Part shown: one piece after another, positions 9,701 to 18,383 of the stretch
Layout of the letters: each line of letters opens with the position of its first letter
Position numbering within the stretch: position 1 is the stretch's first letter
NCBI GenBank assembly: GCA_963707025.1
Contig: CAVPOM010000004.1
Location: 32,001-96,000 of the forward strand
Source: an uncultured Verrucomicrobiae bacterium
GTDB taxonomy: Bacteria; Verrucomicrobiota; Verrucomicrobiia; Limisphaerales; Palsa-1400
Reading direction: 5' to 3'
DNA: 64,000 bases
The notes under the pieces: generated by a model
Database searches by the model: none
The model's input: the letters and a program-made list of their open reading frames with translations, nothing else
What the model was told of the DNA's origin: nothing
Position numbers and translations under genes: made by a program

Positions 9701-12501
9701 CCGGCCTCACTCTTTACGGCACAACGTCAGAGGGCGGAACCAACTATTCAGGTGAGGTGTTTTCCGTTGGCACCAATGGCGCCGGCTTCAATGTTCTCTA
9801 CAATTTCAGCGGTGGCGCGGACGGGAACGATCCCACGGGCGAGTTAATCGTTGCCGGGACGACCCTTTATGGAACCACCCAATCTGGCGGAGTCAACGGC
9901 GTTGGCAACATTTTTTCCGTGAGCACCAATGGCGCCGTCTTCTCGAATCTCTACAGCTTCACCGATGGCGGCATTCCCTCTGCCGGCCTGGTCTTGTCCG
10001 GCCTCACTCTTTACGGCACCACGGCAGACGGCGGAACCAACTACTCAGGCGATGTGTTTTCGATTGGCACGAGCGGCAATGGTTACAAAGTGCTTTACAA
10101 CTTCACCGGCGATGCGGATGGGAGTTCGCCCTGCTGCAGCCTGGTGTTGTCCGCCAGCAGCCTTTTCGGAACCACGACCGGCGGCGGAACCAACTATGAT
10201 GGCACGGTGTTCTTGGTGAGCACCAGCGGCACCGGGTTCAAAGTGCTGCATAACTTCACGGGAGGAACGGATGACAGCGACCCGCAGGCAGGGCTTCTCC
10301 TTTCTGGCACCACGCTTTATGGAACCGCGCAGGGCGGCCAGATCAGCCAGGGCGCCATTTTTTCATTGTCCACCAGCGGCACCGGTTTCAAGGTGCTTTA
10401 CGACTTCACCCAAGGGTTGGATGGCGGCAACCCGGAAGCAGGGCCGATCCTCTCCGGGGGCACGCTTTACGGGGCCGCTCCGAACGTCGTTTATTCGGTG
10501 GAAGCCAGCGGCATCGGATATAAGGCGCTCTACCTCTTCACCAACGGCGAGGATGGGGATGATCCGTTTTACAGCCTGGTCCAGTCGGGGAGCACTCTTT
10601 ATGGAACCTGCTACGATGGCGGGTCGAATGGTTACGGCACGGTGTATTCGATCGCTACGAATGGCACGGGCTTCAAGGTGCTTCACACCTTCGCCGATGG
10701 CAATGACGGGGCCACCCCATGCAGCGGGTTGCTGCTCTCGGGGAGCACTCTCTACGGGGCCACGATGTCGGGCGGAACAAACGGCGCCGGAACGATTTTC
10801 TCCGTGAGCACCAGCGGCACGGCTTTCAAGACGGTTTACGCCTTCACCGGCGGCACCGATGGCGGCTCGCCATCCGGATTGATCTTGTCCGGCACGACGC
10901 TCTACGGCACGACGGCAGGCGGCGGCGATAATTACTCCGGGAATGTGTTCGCCGTGAAAACGGCCGGGACGGGATTCACCAATGTTTACAGTTTCACCGG
11001 CGGCGCCGACGGCAGCCTTCCCTCTGCCGGTCTGACCTTGTCCGGCAACACTCTTTTTGGCACGGCGTGCAACGGAGGGTCCAACATAATGTCCGCGGAC
11101 GGGCTGGCCGGCTGGGGAACGATTTACTCGGTGCTCACCAGCGGCGCCGGGTTCAAGGTGCTGCACACTTTCACCGGCGGCGCGGATGGAGGCAATCCGC
11201 AGTCGGCCCTGTTTCTGTCGGGCCAGACCCTCTATGGAACCACGTGCTACGCGGGTGACCAGGGCGGCGGCGGCACGGTTTTTATGGTCAATACAAATAC
11301 CGATTGTTTAACAACGCTTTACGGTTTCACCGGCGGTCCGGATGGGTCCAATCCCAACAGTGTGCTGGAATCCGGGAACACGCTTTATGGAACCTCCTAT
11401 GGGGGCGGTTATCTTTACGGCGGGACGGTGTTCAGCTTGTCGTTCGCGCCGGCCATCACCACCCAGCCCGTCAGTCTGGCGGTTTCCAACGGCACCGCGG
11501 CTGGCTTCATGGTGGCGGCGGCCGGCGTGGCGCCGCTCCATTATCAATGGCAGTTCAATGGGGTCTCCATCCCAGGGAGCACCAACACGGTCGTGGACCT
11601 GTCCTACGTGGTGGACAGTAATTCGGGCAATTACACGGTGGTGGTGACCAACTTCTATGGCAGCGTGACCAGCAGCGTGGCGGTGTTGACGGTGGCGCCT
11701 CCGCCGATTGTGCCGCCCGGCCAGCCGCCGCTGATTGGCGTTCAACCCCTCAGCCTGACGGTGAGCAACGGGCAGCCGGCGCAGTTTGGCGTTACGGCCT
11801 ACGGCGCCAGCCAGTATCAATGGTTCTGGAACGGCGCAGGCTTGGCCGGGGACACCAATTCGATCCTCAGCTTCTCAGCAGTGGCCGCCGCCAGCGCCGG
11901 CAATTACACCGTGGTTGCCGCCAACGCCTCAGGCAGTGTGACGAGCACGGTGGCGGTCTTGACCATCGTCGTGCCGCCCTTGCTGCCCAGGGTCGCGGGC
12001 GTCATCAGGAGCGCTCCCGCGATCACGGCCCAACCGAACAGCCTGACCGTATTGAACACCCAATCCGCGCTCCTTCAAGTCCAGGCTTCCGGCACCGCTC
12101 CCCTCAGCTACCAGTGGTCTTGCAACGGGCGGAACCTGGCCGGGGCTGCCGCCTCGACCCTCAGTCTGCCCGTGGTAACTACCAATAGCGCCGGCAGCTA
12201 CAGCGTGGTCGTGGCCAATGGCCTGGGCAGCGTGACCAGCGCGGTGGCTGTGCTGACTGTCACCGTTGCGAGCACCCCGCCGCAGATCATCACCAGCGAT
12301 GGCTTTTTCGGCTTCCTGACCAACCAGTTCGGGTTCAATGTCAGCGGCACGACCGGGCAGTCCATTGTGGTGGATGGTTCGACGGATCTGGTGAATTGGA
12401 CTCCGCTCTGCACCAACGCCGCCGGCGGCAATCCGTTTTACTTTTGCGATCCGTGCTGGACCAATTTTCCTGGGCGCTTTTACCGGGCCAGGGTGCAGTG
12501 A
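6790..12501 (+). CDS. Large secreted protein with Ig-like domains and many Gloeo_Verruco (GloVer)-type tandem repeats
   Basis: Signal peptide; Ig motifs (PLxYQWxFNG...GxYxVVVTN); repeats FTGGxDGxxPxAGLxLSGxTLYGT; C-terminal RFYRARVQ. Confidence 0.85.
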   Translation: MKMKMSVRKPLALVASGLFLYALNLHGQSAPGITTQPQGQFATNGQPAGFSVGASGASPLHYQWQWNGVALAGATSSSLALTAVTNAGNITVVVTNSAGSVTSSVAGLVLIAPRALAVLHTFGSVGDGACPDGLVSSSNLLYGTTYSGGIYDGGSVFAVYPDGTDYTLPYQFTGGTDGGNPQIGLAIGDIWNGNSAIYGTAASGGAGGGTVFAVNGSHSGQLSGLKELTGVLGWGGGVVNSVFGFNYSALHIQFDVLDGFTGGSDGAGPQGGLIESGATFYGTTGQGGSSGYGTVYAVNDDASGFSTLYSFTNGVDGASPEAGLILAGTTLYGTTSSGGANALGTVFSINANGSGFKALHTFTGGGDGASPQAGLVLGRNVLYGTTSYGGASGCGTVFAVHTDGTGFKTLYAFSGGLDGANPEAGLTLAGDTLYGTARFGGNNNNGTVFSLATNGGLIVLYAFTGGADGANPPQSGLIVSGNTLYGVAQGGGANLAGTLFRLSPLVEIIQQPAGATVSSGSAASLTVVAAGVPPLAYQWWFNSSAIAGATNASLTLAAAGANNTGSYMVVATNAYGSATSSNGVLTVISGLPSIAAQPASAVAGLGQPAQFGVTAYGTWPLGYQWQFNGGALAGANGSTLSIPSAAATNAGSYSVIISNDFGAVTSSVAALAVYSAPAITVQPQGVMVLNGLPAEFAVSVCGAMPLGWQWFLNGSALDGGTNTMLSVPDVTSSDAGSYTVVVSNAYGSVTSSIAALTIDLPPTILVPPQNLVANAGETAAFSVSACGTAPLSYTWLCNGVPLAGATNSVLTLQVSTNSPGNYSVVVTNNCGSAASSAAMLLVEEPLACTVLHPFGVGWDGNGPNCGLVLGGGLLYGTTTEGGTNNAGTVFSASTSGGNCTVLYSFTGGADGANPYGHLVLSGNTLYGTASGGGANGNGSVFAIHTNGTGFTVLHSFNGDDGASPLAGLVLSGLTLYGTTSEGGTNYSGEVFSVGTNGAGFNVLYNFSGGADGNDPTGELIVAGTTLYGTTQSGGVNGVGNIFSVSTNGAVFSNLYSFTDGGIPSAGLVLSGLTLYGTTADGGTNYSGDVFSIGTSGNGYKVLYNFTGDADGSSPCCSLVLSASSLFGTTTGGGTNYDGTVFLVSTSGTGFKVLHNFTGGTDDSDPQAGLLLSGTTLYGTAQGGQISQGAIFSLSTSGTGFKVLYDFTQGLDGGNPEAGPILSGGTLYGAAPNVVYSVEASGIGYKALYLFTNGEDGDDPFYSLVQSGSTLYGTCYDGGSNGYGTVYSIATNGTGFKVLHTFADGNDGATPCSGLLLSGSTLYGATMSGGTNGAGTIFSVSTSGTAFKTVYAFTGGTDGGSPSGLILSGTTLYGTTAGGGDNYSGNVFAVKTAGTGFTNVYSFTGGADGSLPSAGLTLSGNTLFGTACNGGSNIMSADGLAGWGTIYSVLTSGAGFKVLHTFTGGADGGNPQSALFLSGQTLYGTTCYAGDQGGGGTVFMVNTNTDCLTTLYGFTGGPDGSNPNSVLESGNTLYGTSYGGGYLYGGTVFSLSFAPAITTQPVSLAVSNGTAAGFMVAAAGVAPLHYQWQFNGVSIPGSTNTVVDLSYVVDSNSGNYTVVVTNFYGSVTSSVAVLTVAPPPIVPPGQPPLIGVQPLSLTVSNGQPAQFGVTAYGASQYQWFWNGAGLAGDTNSILSFSAVAAASAGNYTVVAANASGSVTSTVAVLTIVVPPLLPRVAGVIRSAPAITAQPNSLTVLNTQSALLQVQASGTAPLSYQWSCNGRNLAGAAASTLSLPVVTTNSAGSYSVVVANGLGSVTSAVAVLTVTVASTPPQIITSDGFFGFLTNQFGFNVSGTTGQSIVVDGSTDLVNWTPLCTNAAGGNPFYFCDPCWTNFPGRFYRARVQ

Positions 12502-12512
12502 CTCTAATGCAC

Positions 12513-12582
12513 AATGCCTCCTCCTCGGCCGGGCCTTCCTCCTTCACTGGAGTTACGGAGGACAGGACGGAGGACAGGGAAT
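12513..12582. repeat. Second copy of the dispersed repeat at 6525-6594
   Basis: aatgcctcc..ccgggccttcc.ccttc....tacggaggacaggacgg.ggac.gg.aat. Confidence 0.7.
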
Positions 12583-12720
12583 GCAAAATGGAGAAGCGGT
12601 TTGAACTGGAGAAAACGGAGAGATTTTGGACCCGGCCGGGCGGCACATTTGCTTCTTGTCGCGGGGCGGGGAGGGTGTATGGTTGGCGCAGTCACCACGA
12701 AACAAGCAAAGGCTTTAAAT

Positions 12721-15700
12721 ATGGGCGAGAATAAAACGATCTGGGCGTTCGACCTCGGAACGGGTTCGATTGGCGAAGCGGTGCGGGACGGGACCAAGTT
12801 TTTGCACAAGGCTTCACTATTGATCCCCGCGGATTTTGCCGAAACCAAAACCGCCGCTGGTCGTCGCCGCATGTGCCGGACGCGCCTTGCCCACCAGGCG
12901 CGTGAGACTTGGCTCGATGACTTAATGCTCAAGGCGGGAATTGAACCGCTCAAGGGGCGGCGTACTGTGAAAGTTGATGGCAAGTGGCAGGCCGCGCCCG
13001 AGACTGAGGAACAGCAGCGGAATCGGGAACGCCTGGAACGCGAGTTTGCAGAGGCGGGAGATTCAACTTGTTACACGTCCTGCCTGCTCCGCATCAAACT
13101 CCTGCGCGGTGAAAAACTTGAGCCTTGGCAGGTTTATAAAGCGTTGCATTCGGCCATTCAAAGGCGCGGTTACGACCCCAACATTCCGTGGAAAACCCGG
13201 ACACGGAGCAAGGCCAAGGCTGGACAATCCAATGATGATGACGCCGGGACGCAAGCCCGCATGGAAGAATTTGAGAGACATCTGGAAGAGATGGCTCCGG
13301 GGAAGCCGGAATTTCAAGTTCCCTGTTACTTTGATGCTTGGAAAATGGGACTCTGGAATCCGTCAGATCCGATGCGACTCAAGAATCGCCTTGATTGTCG
13401 CGCCGAAAGCACGCGCAATCAAGTCGTGCCGCGCGAGCTTGTCGAGAAGGAAATTCGCGCCCTTGTTGACGCTGCTGGGAAGTACTATCCCGCACTGGCC
13501 GGCCAAGCAGACTTCCTGCTTTATGGTCGCGCAAAAACCGCGTACGCGTCCTTCTATGGCAAGCTCCGCAAGCAACATAATTTGAAAGAAGGTGGCGCGA
13601 ATGATTGGCAGGGCGTAGTGGGCCAGAAGATTCCGCGCTTTGACAACCGCATCATCGGCAAGTGCGTTCTCATCCCGCGCTTGAACGTCTGCAAGATGCG
13701 GACAGATGAAAAGGGTGATTTGCACGCACAATCGCGCCTTGCCGCTGAAACGGTTTTCCTGATGAGGCTGAAGAATATGAGATTTCAGACTGCCGAGGGG
13801 CAACGTGGCTTGACCGCGCAAGAAATCAACACGGTCTTTAACGACCCCAAGCGAAAAAAACTGGCCTTGACCGAGACCGCGTGGAAAAAGCTCTGTGTGC
13901 TTTTTGGCGGGAAGCCGCTTCTGGGTCAGTTTCAGGAGGTCGAAGAACCCAGCTTTTCCGGGCGAAGCCGTTATTGTCGGCCCGCCTTGGAAATACTCAA
14001 GCGACTGATTCTCTCAGGGGATTCTCCCCAAGCCGCCCACGATAAAGAGCTCGCACGCCTGAATGGGAACTCGGATCCCCTCAAAGGATCGGTGCCTCAA
14101 GACCTCCGGTTCTTGCTCCAGATGGGAAAAACTTGGGATGGAATCTATATTCCGAATCAGAAACTGGATGCGCTCGCTCACTTGACAGGCTATGCAGACG
14201 AGGCCATCCGCGACCTCATCGGCACGCAGAACGATCCTGTGGTTCGGCACCGCCTCACCTTGTTCGCCGAGCGACTGCATAAGTTGAGGGAGAAATTCGG
14301 CGTGCCTGATTCGGTCGTCCTGGAATTTGTGCGCGAGGATTTTATGGGGAAGAAGGCCAAGATGGAATATTTCAAATTCCAGCGTGACCGTGCCGCGCAA
14401 CGAACAAAGGCGCGGGAACAAGCGCGAACCTTCGGCGCTGAGGAGCGCTCTTCAGGTCTCAAAATGGAATTGCTGACGGCTCAGGTTGGCGAATGCGTTT
14501 ACACTGCGGAAAAGTTGATTCCAGAGGAATTGGATCAATACGTGATTGACCATATTGTTCCAAGAGCCAAAGGGGGACCCGATTCGGTGCTAAACTATGT
14601 TTTGACGACCCGCCGGGCAAATGATGACAAGGGTAACCGGACGCCATTTGAGTGGCTTTCCGTGACGGTCGGATGGGATGCTTACGTTAATCGTGTCAAA
14701 GGCAGGATTGGCACGCTGCGGAACAAAAAAGTTCAGTTGCTCATTTCTGCCGAAGCCGAAAGTCTCGTGGAACGCTACACTTCGCTGGCCGAGACAGCCT
14801 GGATTTCCAAACTGGCGCAAACGATTATCGGCCTCCGGTTCGGCTGGCCGGGCGGTATTTCGGACGGGGAACGGAAGGTGATCGTCGTGTCCGGCGGACT
14901 GACCGGGCGCATTCGACGCAAGTACAAGCTCAACAGCCTGCTCAATCCAGAGGCCAAATCGGAGGAAGAAGCAGAAATAAAGAATCGCAAGGATGACCGC
15001 CATCACGCTCTTGATGCCATGGTCATCAGCTTCATCCCGGGCTGGGCGCGCAACGCGAAACTCTCCGGGTTCTTTCGATTTCCTGAAGGCGTGGATCGCG
15101 AGTTGTTTGGCCGTGAGATATCCGCGGTGATTCCAGAGGAGGTGTGCTTCGAAAAAGCGACGCTGGCGGAAACGATTTATGGGGTGCGCGGTCAAGGCCG
15201 AGGCAGACTGATTGTGCAGCGCAAGAAGGTTGTTGAACTCGCCCAAAAGCCGATGGCCCCGGGCAAAACAAACTTCGACCTCGCCTACGCCCAGAAGCAG
15301 ATACTATCAATTCGCGACGCGCACATTAGACAGCGACTCGCAGATTTCGTTGCCACCAGGCCCATCGAAGAGGCTTGGAACACATTTTGCGAAAGCTTTT
15401 GCCTGCGACGGACAGATGGATCATGCGGAAGTCCCATCAAATTAGTTCGGGTCAACGTAGGAGGAACCACCGAGTACAAGGATTTATCCAAAGATGGAAC
15501 GGGCGCATTCCGAAAGGGCTTCAAGGAACACAAAGGACAAATTGTATTTTTAGATAAAAAAGGAAAGCTCCGCGTTCGTCCCATTTATGCTTTTGAATCA
15601 GTCCGAACGGTACAAAGGGAACTTACGGCCTCCGGTGACTGCCAGGCGGTCAAGGGCTTTTTTCAGTCGGGGTGTTTGATCGAACTCGCCTCAAGCATCG

Positions 15701-15852
15701 CGCACCGTTCTACTCCGTTAGCGCCAGGAAGATACAAGCTGAACACGATGCGCACAGATGGTTACGTCACTGTAACGGACTCCGCCGGAAAAATTTCACT
15801 CCCTATCAGCTTGGAGAAAATGTTTGCTGCGGGTTTCAAGCGGGTCGAGTAA
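12721..15852 (+). CDS. cas9: Type II CRISPR endonuclease Cas9, 1043 aa (II-C-like)
   Basis: RuvC-I AFDLGTGSIG; Arg-rich bridge helix GRRRMCRTRLAHQAR; RuvC-II VVLEFVRE; HNH IDHIVPRAKGG..NYVL..ANDDKGNRTP; RuvC-III DRHHALDAMVI; adjacent to cas1/cas2/array. Confidence 0.96.
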   Translation: MGENKTIWAFDLGTGSIGEAVRDGTKFLHKASLLIPADFAETKTAAGRRRMCRTRLAHQARETWLDDLMLKAGIEPLKGRRTVKVDGKWQAAPETEEQQRNRERLEREFAEAGDSTCYTSCLLRIKLLRGEKLEPWQVYKALHSAIQRRGYDPNIPWKTRTRSKAKAGQSNDDDAGTQARMEEFERHLEEMAPGKPEFQVPCYFDAWKMGLWNPSDPMRLKNRLDCRAESTRNQVVPRELVEKEIRALVDAAGKYYPALAGQADFLLYGRAKTAYASFYGKLRKQHNLKEGGANDWQGVVGQKIPRFDNRIIGKCVLIPRLNVCKMRTDEKGDLHAQSRLAAETVFLMRLKNMRFQTAEGQRGLTAQEINTVFNDPKRKKLALTETAWKKLCVLFGGKPLLGQFQEVEEPSFSGRSRYCRPALEILKRLILSGDSPQAAHDKELARLNGNSDPLKGSVPQDLRFLLQMGKTWDGIYIPNQKLDALAHLTGYADEAIRDLIGTQNDPVVRHRLTLFAERLHKLREKFGVPDSVVLEFVREDFMGKKAKMEYFKFQRDRAAQRTKAREQARTFGAEERSSGLKMELLTAQVGECVYTAEKLIPEELDQYVIDHIVPRAKGGPDSVLNYVLTTRRANDDKGNRTPFEWLSVTVGWDAYVNRVKGRIGTLRNKKVQLLISAEAESLVERYTSLAETAWISKLAQTIIGLRFGWPGGISDGERKVIVVSGGLTGRIRRKYKLNSLLNPEAKSEEEAEIKNRKDDRHHALDAMVISFIPGWARNAKLSGFFRFPEGVDRELFGREISAVIPEEVCFEKATLAETIYGVRGQGRGRLIVQRKKVVELAQKPMAPGKTNFDLAYAQKQILSIRDAHIRQRLADFVATRPIEEAWNTFCESFCLRRTDGSCGSPIKLVRVNVGGTTEYKDLSKDGTGAFRKGFKEHKGQIVFLDKKGKLRVRPIYAFESVRTVQRELTASGDCQAVKGFFQSGCLIELASSIAHRSTPLAPGRYKLNTMRTDGYVTVTDSAGKISLPISLEKMFAAGFKRVE

Positions 15853-15858
15853 GGATTT

Positions 15859-16743
15859 ATGAGCCACCACATTCTCCATGTTCTCAAACATGGGTGCGTG
15901 TTGTCCAGAGACCGGGGGTTTTTGGTTTGCCGGGGCGAGGACAAGAGCGAAAACCGCATTCCTTACGAGGATTTGCGCGCGGTCATTATTGCCGCCCGCG
16001 GGGTTACACTCACTTCGAGCTTCGTTTCTGCCGTGCTGGAAACGGATGGAATTATTCTGCATTGCAACGAAAGTTACCAGCCTTGCGGGGTGACCGCTCC
16101 ACTGGGACGGGTGGTTGACACCAGAGCATACCTCCATCAGGCGGAGCGACCGGAGCGCCTGAACAATCGCCTCTGGCAGCATCTCATCCGGGGCAAAACG
16201 CTCAATCAATTGAAGGTGCTCAAGAAGCGGCAGTTGACTTCGCCTCATCTGGAATTGGCCTTGAAGGACGATTATTTCGACGAAGGCAATTGCGCACGGC
16301 GGTACTGGCAGCTTTATTTCCCTTCCATTGGCTGGGTTTCCTCGTCCCGGGACCGCCGGCAGGATAACGCGCCGAACAATATGTTGAATTATGGCTATGC
16401 GGTGCTGTCCGCTCTTTGCCACCGGGGTCTGCTGGTGCATGGGTTGACGCCGCTCCTCGGGGTCAAGCATTGCACGCGCTACCGTGCTGACCCGCTGGTC
16501 TATGATTTGATGGAGCCGTTTCGCCCGGCGGTGGATTTGATGATGGCTGAGTTCATGGTCGGCGAGGATGTCAGCATGAAAGCCTGGTGCAAAAAAGTGG
16601 GAACGCAACTGCGGGAGAAACGGGTGATGCACGAACGGTTTTCCTTGAAAATCATGGACGCGATTGATGCCTCGGCCAATTCTCTGGCGCGCAGTTACAG
16701 CGAAAAGTCGGACAAGCCGTTTTGGGTGCCGGAATTGGAATAG
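15859..16743 (+). CDS. cas1: CRISPR-associated endonuclease Cas1 (type II)
   Basis: EGNCARRYW, NNMLNYGYAVL, LGVKH, LVYDLMEPFRP. Confidence 0.96.
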   Translation: MSHHILHVLKHGCVLSRDRGFLVCRGEDKSENRIPYEDLRAVIIAARGVTLTSSFVSAVLETDGIILHCNESYQPCGVTAPLGRVVDTRAYLHQAERPERLNNRLWQHLIRGKTLNQLKVLKKRQLTSPHLELALKDDYFDEGNCARRYWQLYFPSIGWVSSSRDRRQDNAPNNMLNYGYAVLSALCHRGLLVHGLTPLLGVKHCTRYRADPLVYDLMEPFRPAVDLMMAEFMVGEDVSMKAWCKKVGTQLREKRVMHERFSLKIMDAIDASANSLARSYSEKSDKPFWVPELE

Positions 16744-16755
16744 GAAAGGCCGCCG

Positions 16756-17112
16756 ATGGCCGTCGAAAAGAAAAGTCCGTTTCGTATGGGGTGGATTCTG
16801 GCCATGTTCGACTTGCCGGTGATGACCGAGCGGGAACGAAAAGCGGCGACAAGGTTCCGCAACGACCTCCTCGACAACGGTTATTTGATGATTCAGTTTT
16901 CCGTGTACGCGCGGCCCTGCGTCAGTTACGATCAGATGGAGGTGCATATCGGGCGGATCAAGGGATTGATTCCCACCGCCGGGAATGTCAGGCTGATGTT
17001 CATGACGGACGAGCAGTGGAAAAAAAGTTACACCGTGATCGGGGAGAATTACAAAGAGGATCGGCGTGCAAAAGACCCCTCCATTCCCAAACAAGTGGAT
17101 TTTTGGGAATAA
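16756..17112 (+). CDS. cas2: CRISPR-associated Cas2 (type II)
   Basis: AMFDLPV, FRNDLLDNGYLMIQFSVYAR, TDEQW. Confidence 0.96.
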   Translation: MAVEKKSPFRMGWILAMFDLPVMTERERKAATRFRNDLLDNGYLMIQFSVYARPCVSYDQMEVHIGRIKGLIPTAGNVRLMFMTDEQWKKSYTVIGENYKEDRRAKDPSIPKQVDFWE

Positions 17113-17195
17113 AACTGGCTCCCGGACGTGCTGGGCAGTGGTCCGAGAGCCAATATTTCAGTTAAGGCTTCTCCCCCCGGAGATGCGGGTAACTG
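17110..17195 (-). ncRNA. Putative tracrRNA
   Basis: 17161-17187 matches the crRNA-sense repeat at 23/27, so it is an anti-repeat on the minus strand. It is followed by hairpin UGGCUCUCGGAC/GUCCGGGAGCCA and UUUU. Confidence 0.8.
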
Positions 17196-17201
17196 TCTTA
17201 A

Positions 17202-17229
17202 ACTCTACCACATCAAGCCATTCTGTCCA
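17202..17229 (-). promoter_or_regulatory. Putative sigma70 promoter for tracrRNA
   Basis: TGGACA-16 nt-TAGAGT with TG extension, ~7 nt upstream of the anti-repeat region. Confidence 0.5.
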
Positions 17230-17233
17230 GCCT

Positions 17234-17866
17234 ATTATACCGCGCCTCTCCGGGGGGGGAAGCCAAAACTCCCGAAAATGAAATGCACGCAGTCAAGCGA
17301 TTATACCGCGCCTCTCCGGGGGGGGAAGCCAAAACCTTGGAATGACCACTTCAATCGTGGTGGCAATTATACCGCGCCTCTCCGGGGGGGGAAGCCAAAA
17401 CAGCAAGAGACTTTTGCAATGTAGCACGTTGATTATACCGCGCCTCTCCGGGGGGGGAAGCCAAAACTACGTCAAAACTTAAAAGGCCCGCCCGACTATT
17501 ATACCGCGCCTCTCCGGGGGGGGAAGCCAAAACGGGCGCGCCAATGCCGCAAATCCACCACCCATTATACCGCGCCTCTCCGGGGGGGGAAGCCAAAACT
17601 GGGGTGCTCTCTAGGTCGAGATGGCGGTGATTATACCGCGCCTCTCCGGGGGGGGAAGCCAAAACGGGCGCGCCAATGCCGCAAATCCACCACCCATTAT
17701 ACCGCGCCTCTCCGGGGGGGGAAGCCAAAACTGGGGTGCTCTCTAGGTCGAGATGGCGGTGATTATACCGCGCCTCTCCGGGGGGGGGAAGCCAAAACGA
17801 CGGTCTGGACTATCTGGCGGAGCCGGTCATTATACCGCGCCTCTCCGGGGGGGGGGAAGCCAAAAC
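17234..17866 (-). CRISPR. CRISPR array: 10 repeats (36 nt, GTTTTGGCTTCCCCCCCCGGAGAGGCGCGGTATAAT), 9 spacers of 30 nt (7 unique)
   Basis: Repeat starts (+ coordinates) 17234, 17300, 17366, 17432, 17498, 17564, 17630, 17696, 17762, 17829; last two have G9/G10 runs; orientation inferred from GTTTT 5' end, terminal TATAAT and tracr complementarity. Confidence 0.98.
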
Positions 17867-17886
17867 GATCATGAAGTTTTCTGGTC

Positions 17887-17945
17887 CTTGGCGACTTTTT
17901 CGAGAACGTGACCGCTTCGGGCGCGTTCTCGAAAAAGTCGCCAAG
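17887..17945. repeat. Perfect 22-bp inverted repeat next to the array
   Basis: cttggcgactttttcgagaacg (17887-17908) / cgttctcgaaaaagtcgccaag (17924-17945). Confidence 0.85.
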
Positions 17946-18098
17946 CCTTGGGGCGCTCGTGGCTCGCGGGGAGGGATGGCCTGCGGCGGGCAGCGAGTGC
18001 GCGCCCTACCTCTAAAGGCATGCTCTGCGTCCATCGTCCGGGCTCCATCCTGGAGTTTCGCCCGGTGGCCCTGCTTGGCCGCTGTCCCGGTTCCGCTT

Positions 18099-18305
18099 TC
18101 AGGTCTGGCGGCTCTTGCGCCACTTGCTGCGGTGTTTCATGATCCAATCGGTCAAGGCACGCTCGAAACCGATGTCGTGGCCGGCCTTTTCGGACTCGAT
18201 CCACTTGTGCCGTAAAATCTCGTCCCGCTCCGCCTGGAATTCGCGGTAGAGGGAGGATCGTGTGACCACGTCGTTCTCTGATGGGCCGCTGGATGTGTTG
18301 GGCAT
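18099..18305 (-). CDS. Small conserved hypothetical protein (DUF4032-like)
   Basis: EILRHKWIESEKAGHDIGFERALTDW. Confidence 0.7.
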   Translation of the reverse strand: MPNTSSGPSENDVVTRSSLYREFQAERDEILRHKWIESEKAGHDIGFERALTDWIMKHRSKWRKSRQT

Positions 18306-18383
18306 AAAACTTGGTATTTTTTGCTCAAAGACCGGCATGTTAGCGGGATGATGACGAATAATCAATGAAAAAGTAACCGGAAT

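Noticed and set aside
12514..12720. 69-aa N-terminal extension of Cas9
   Set aside because: Overlaps an intergenic repeat; RuvC-I normally sits at the N-terminus, fitting ATG 12721
17270..17828. Spacers targeting the integrated element or self
   Set aside because: No match noticed by eye; needs BLAST to exclude
17128..18215. Repetitive ORFs across the array
   Set aside because: Products of the 66-nt CRISPR period and hairpins
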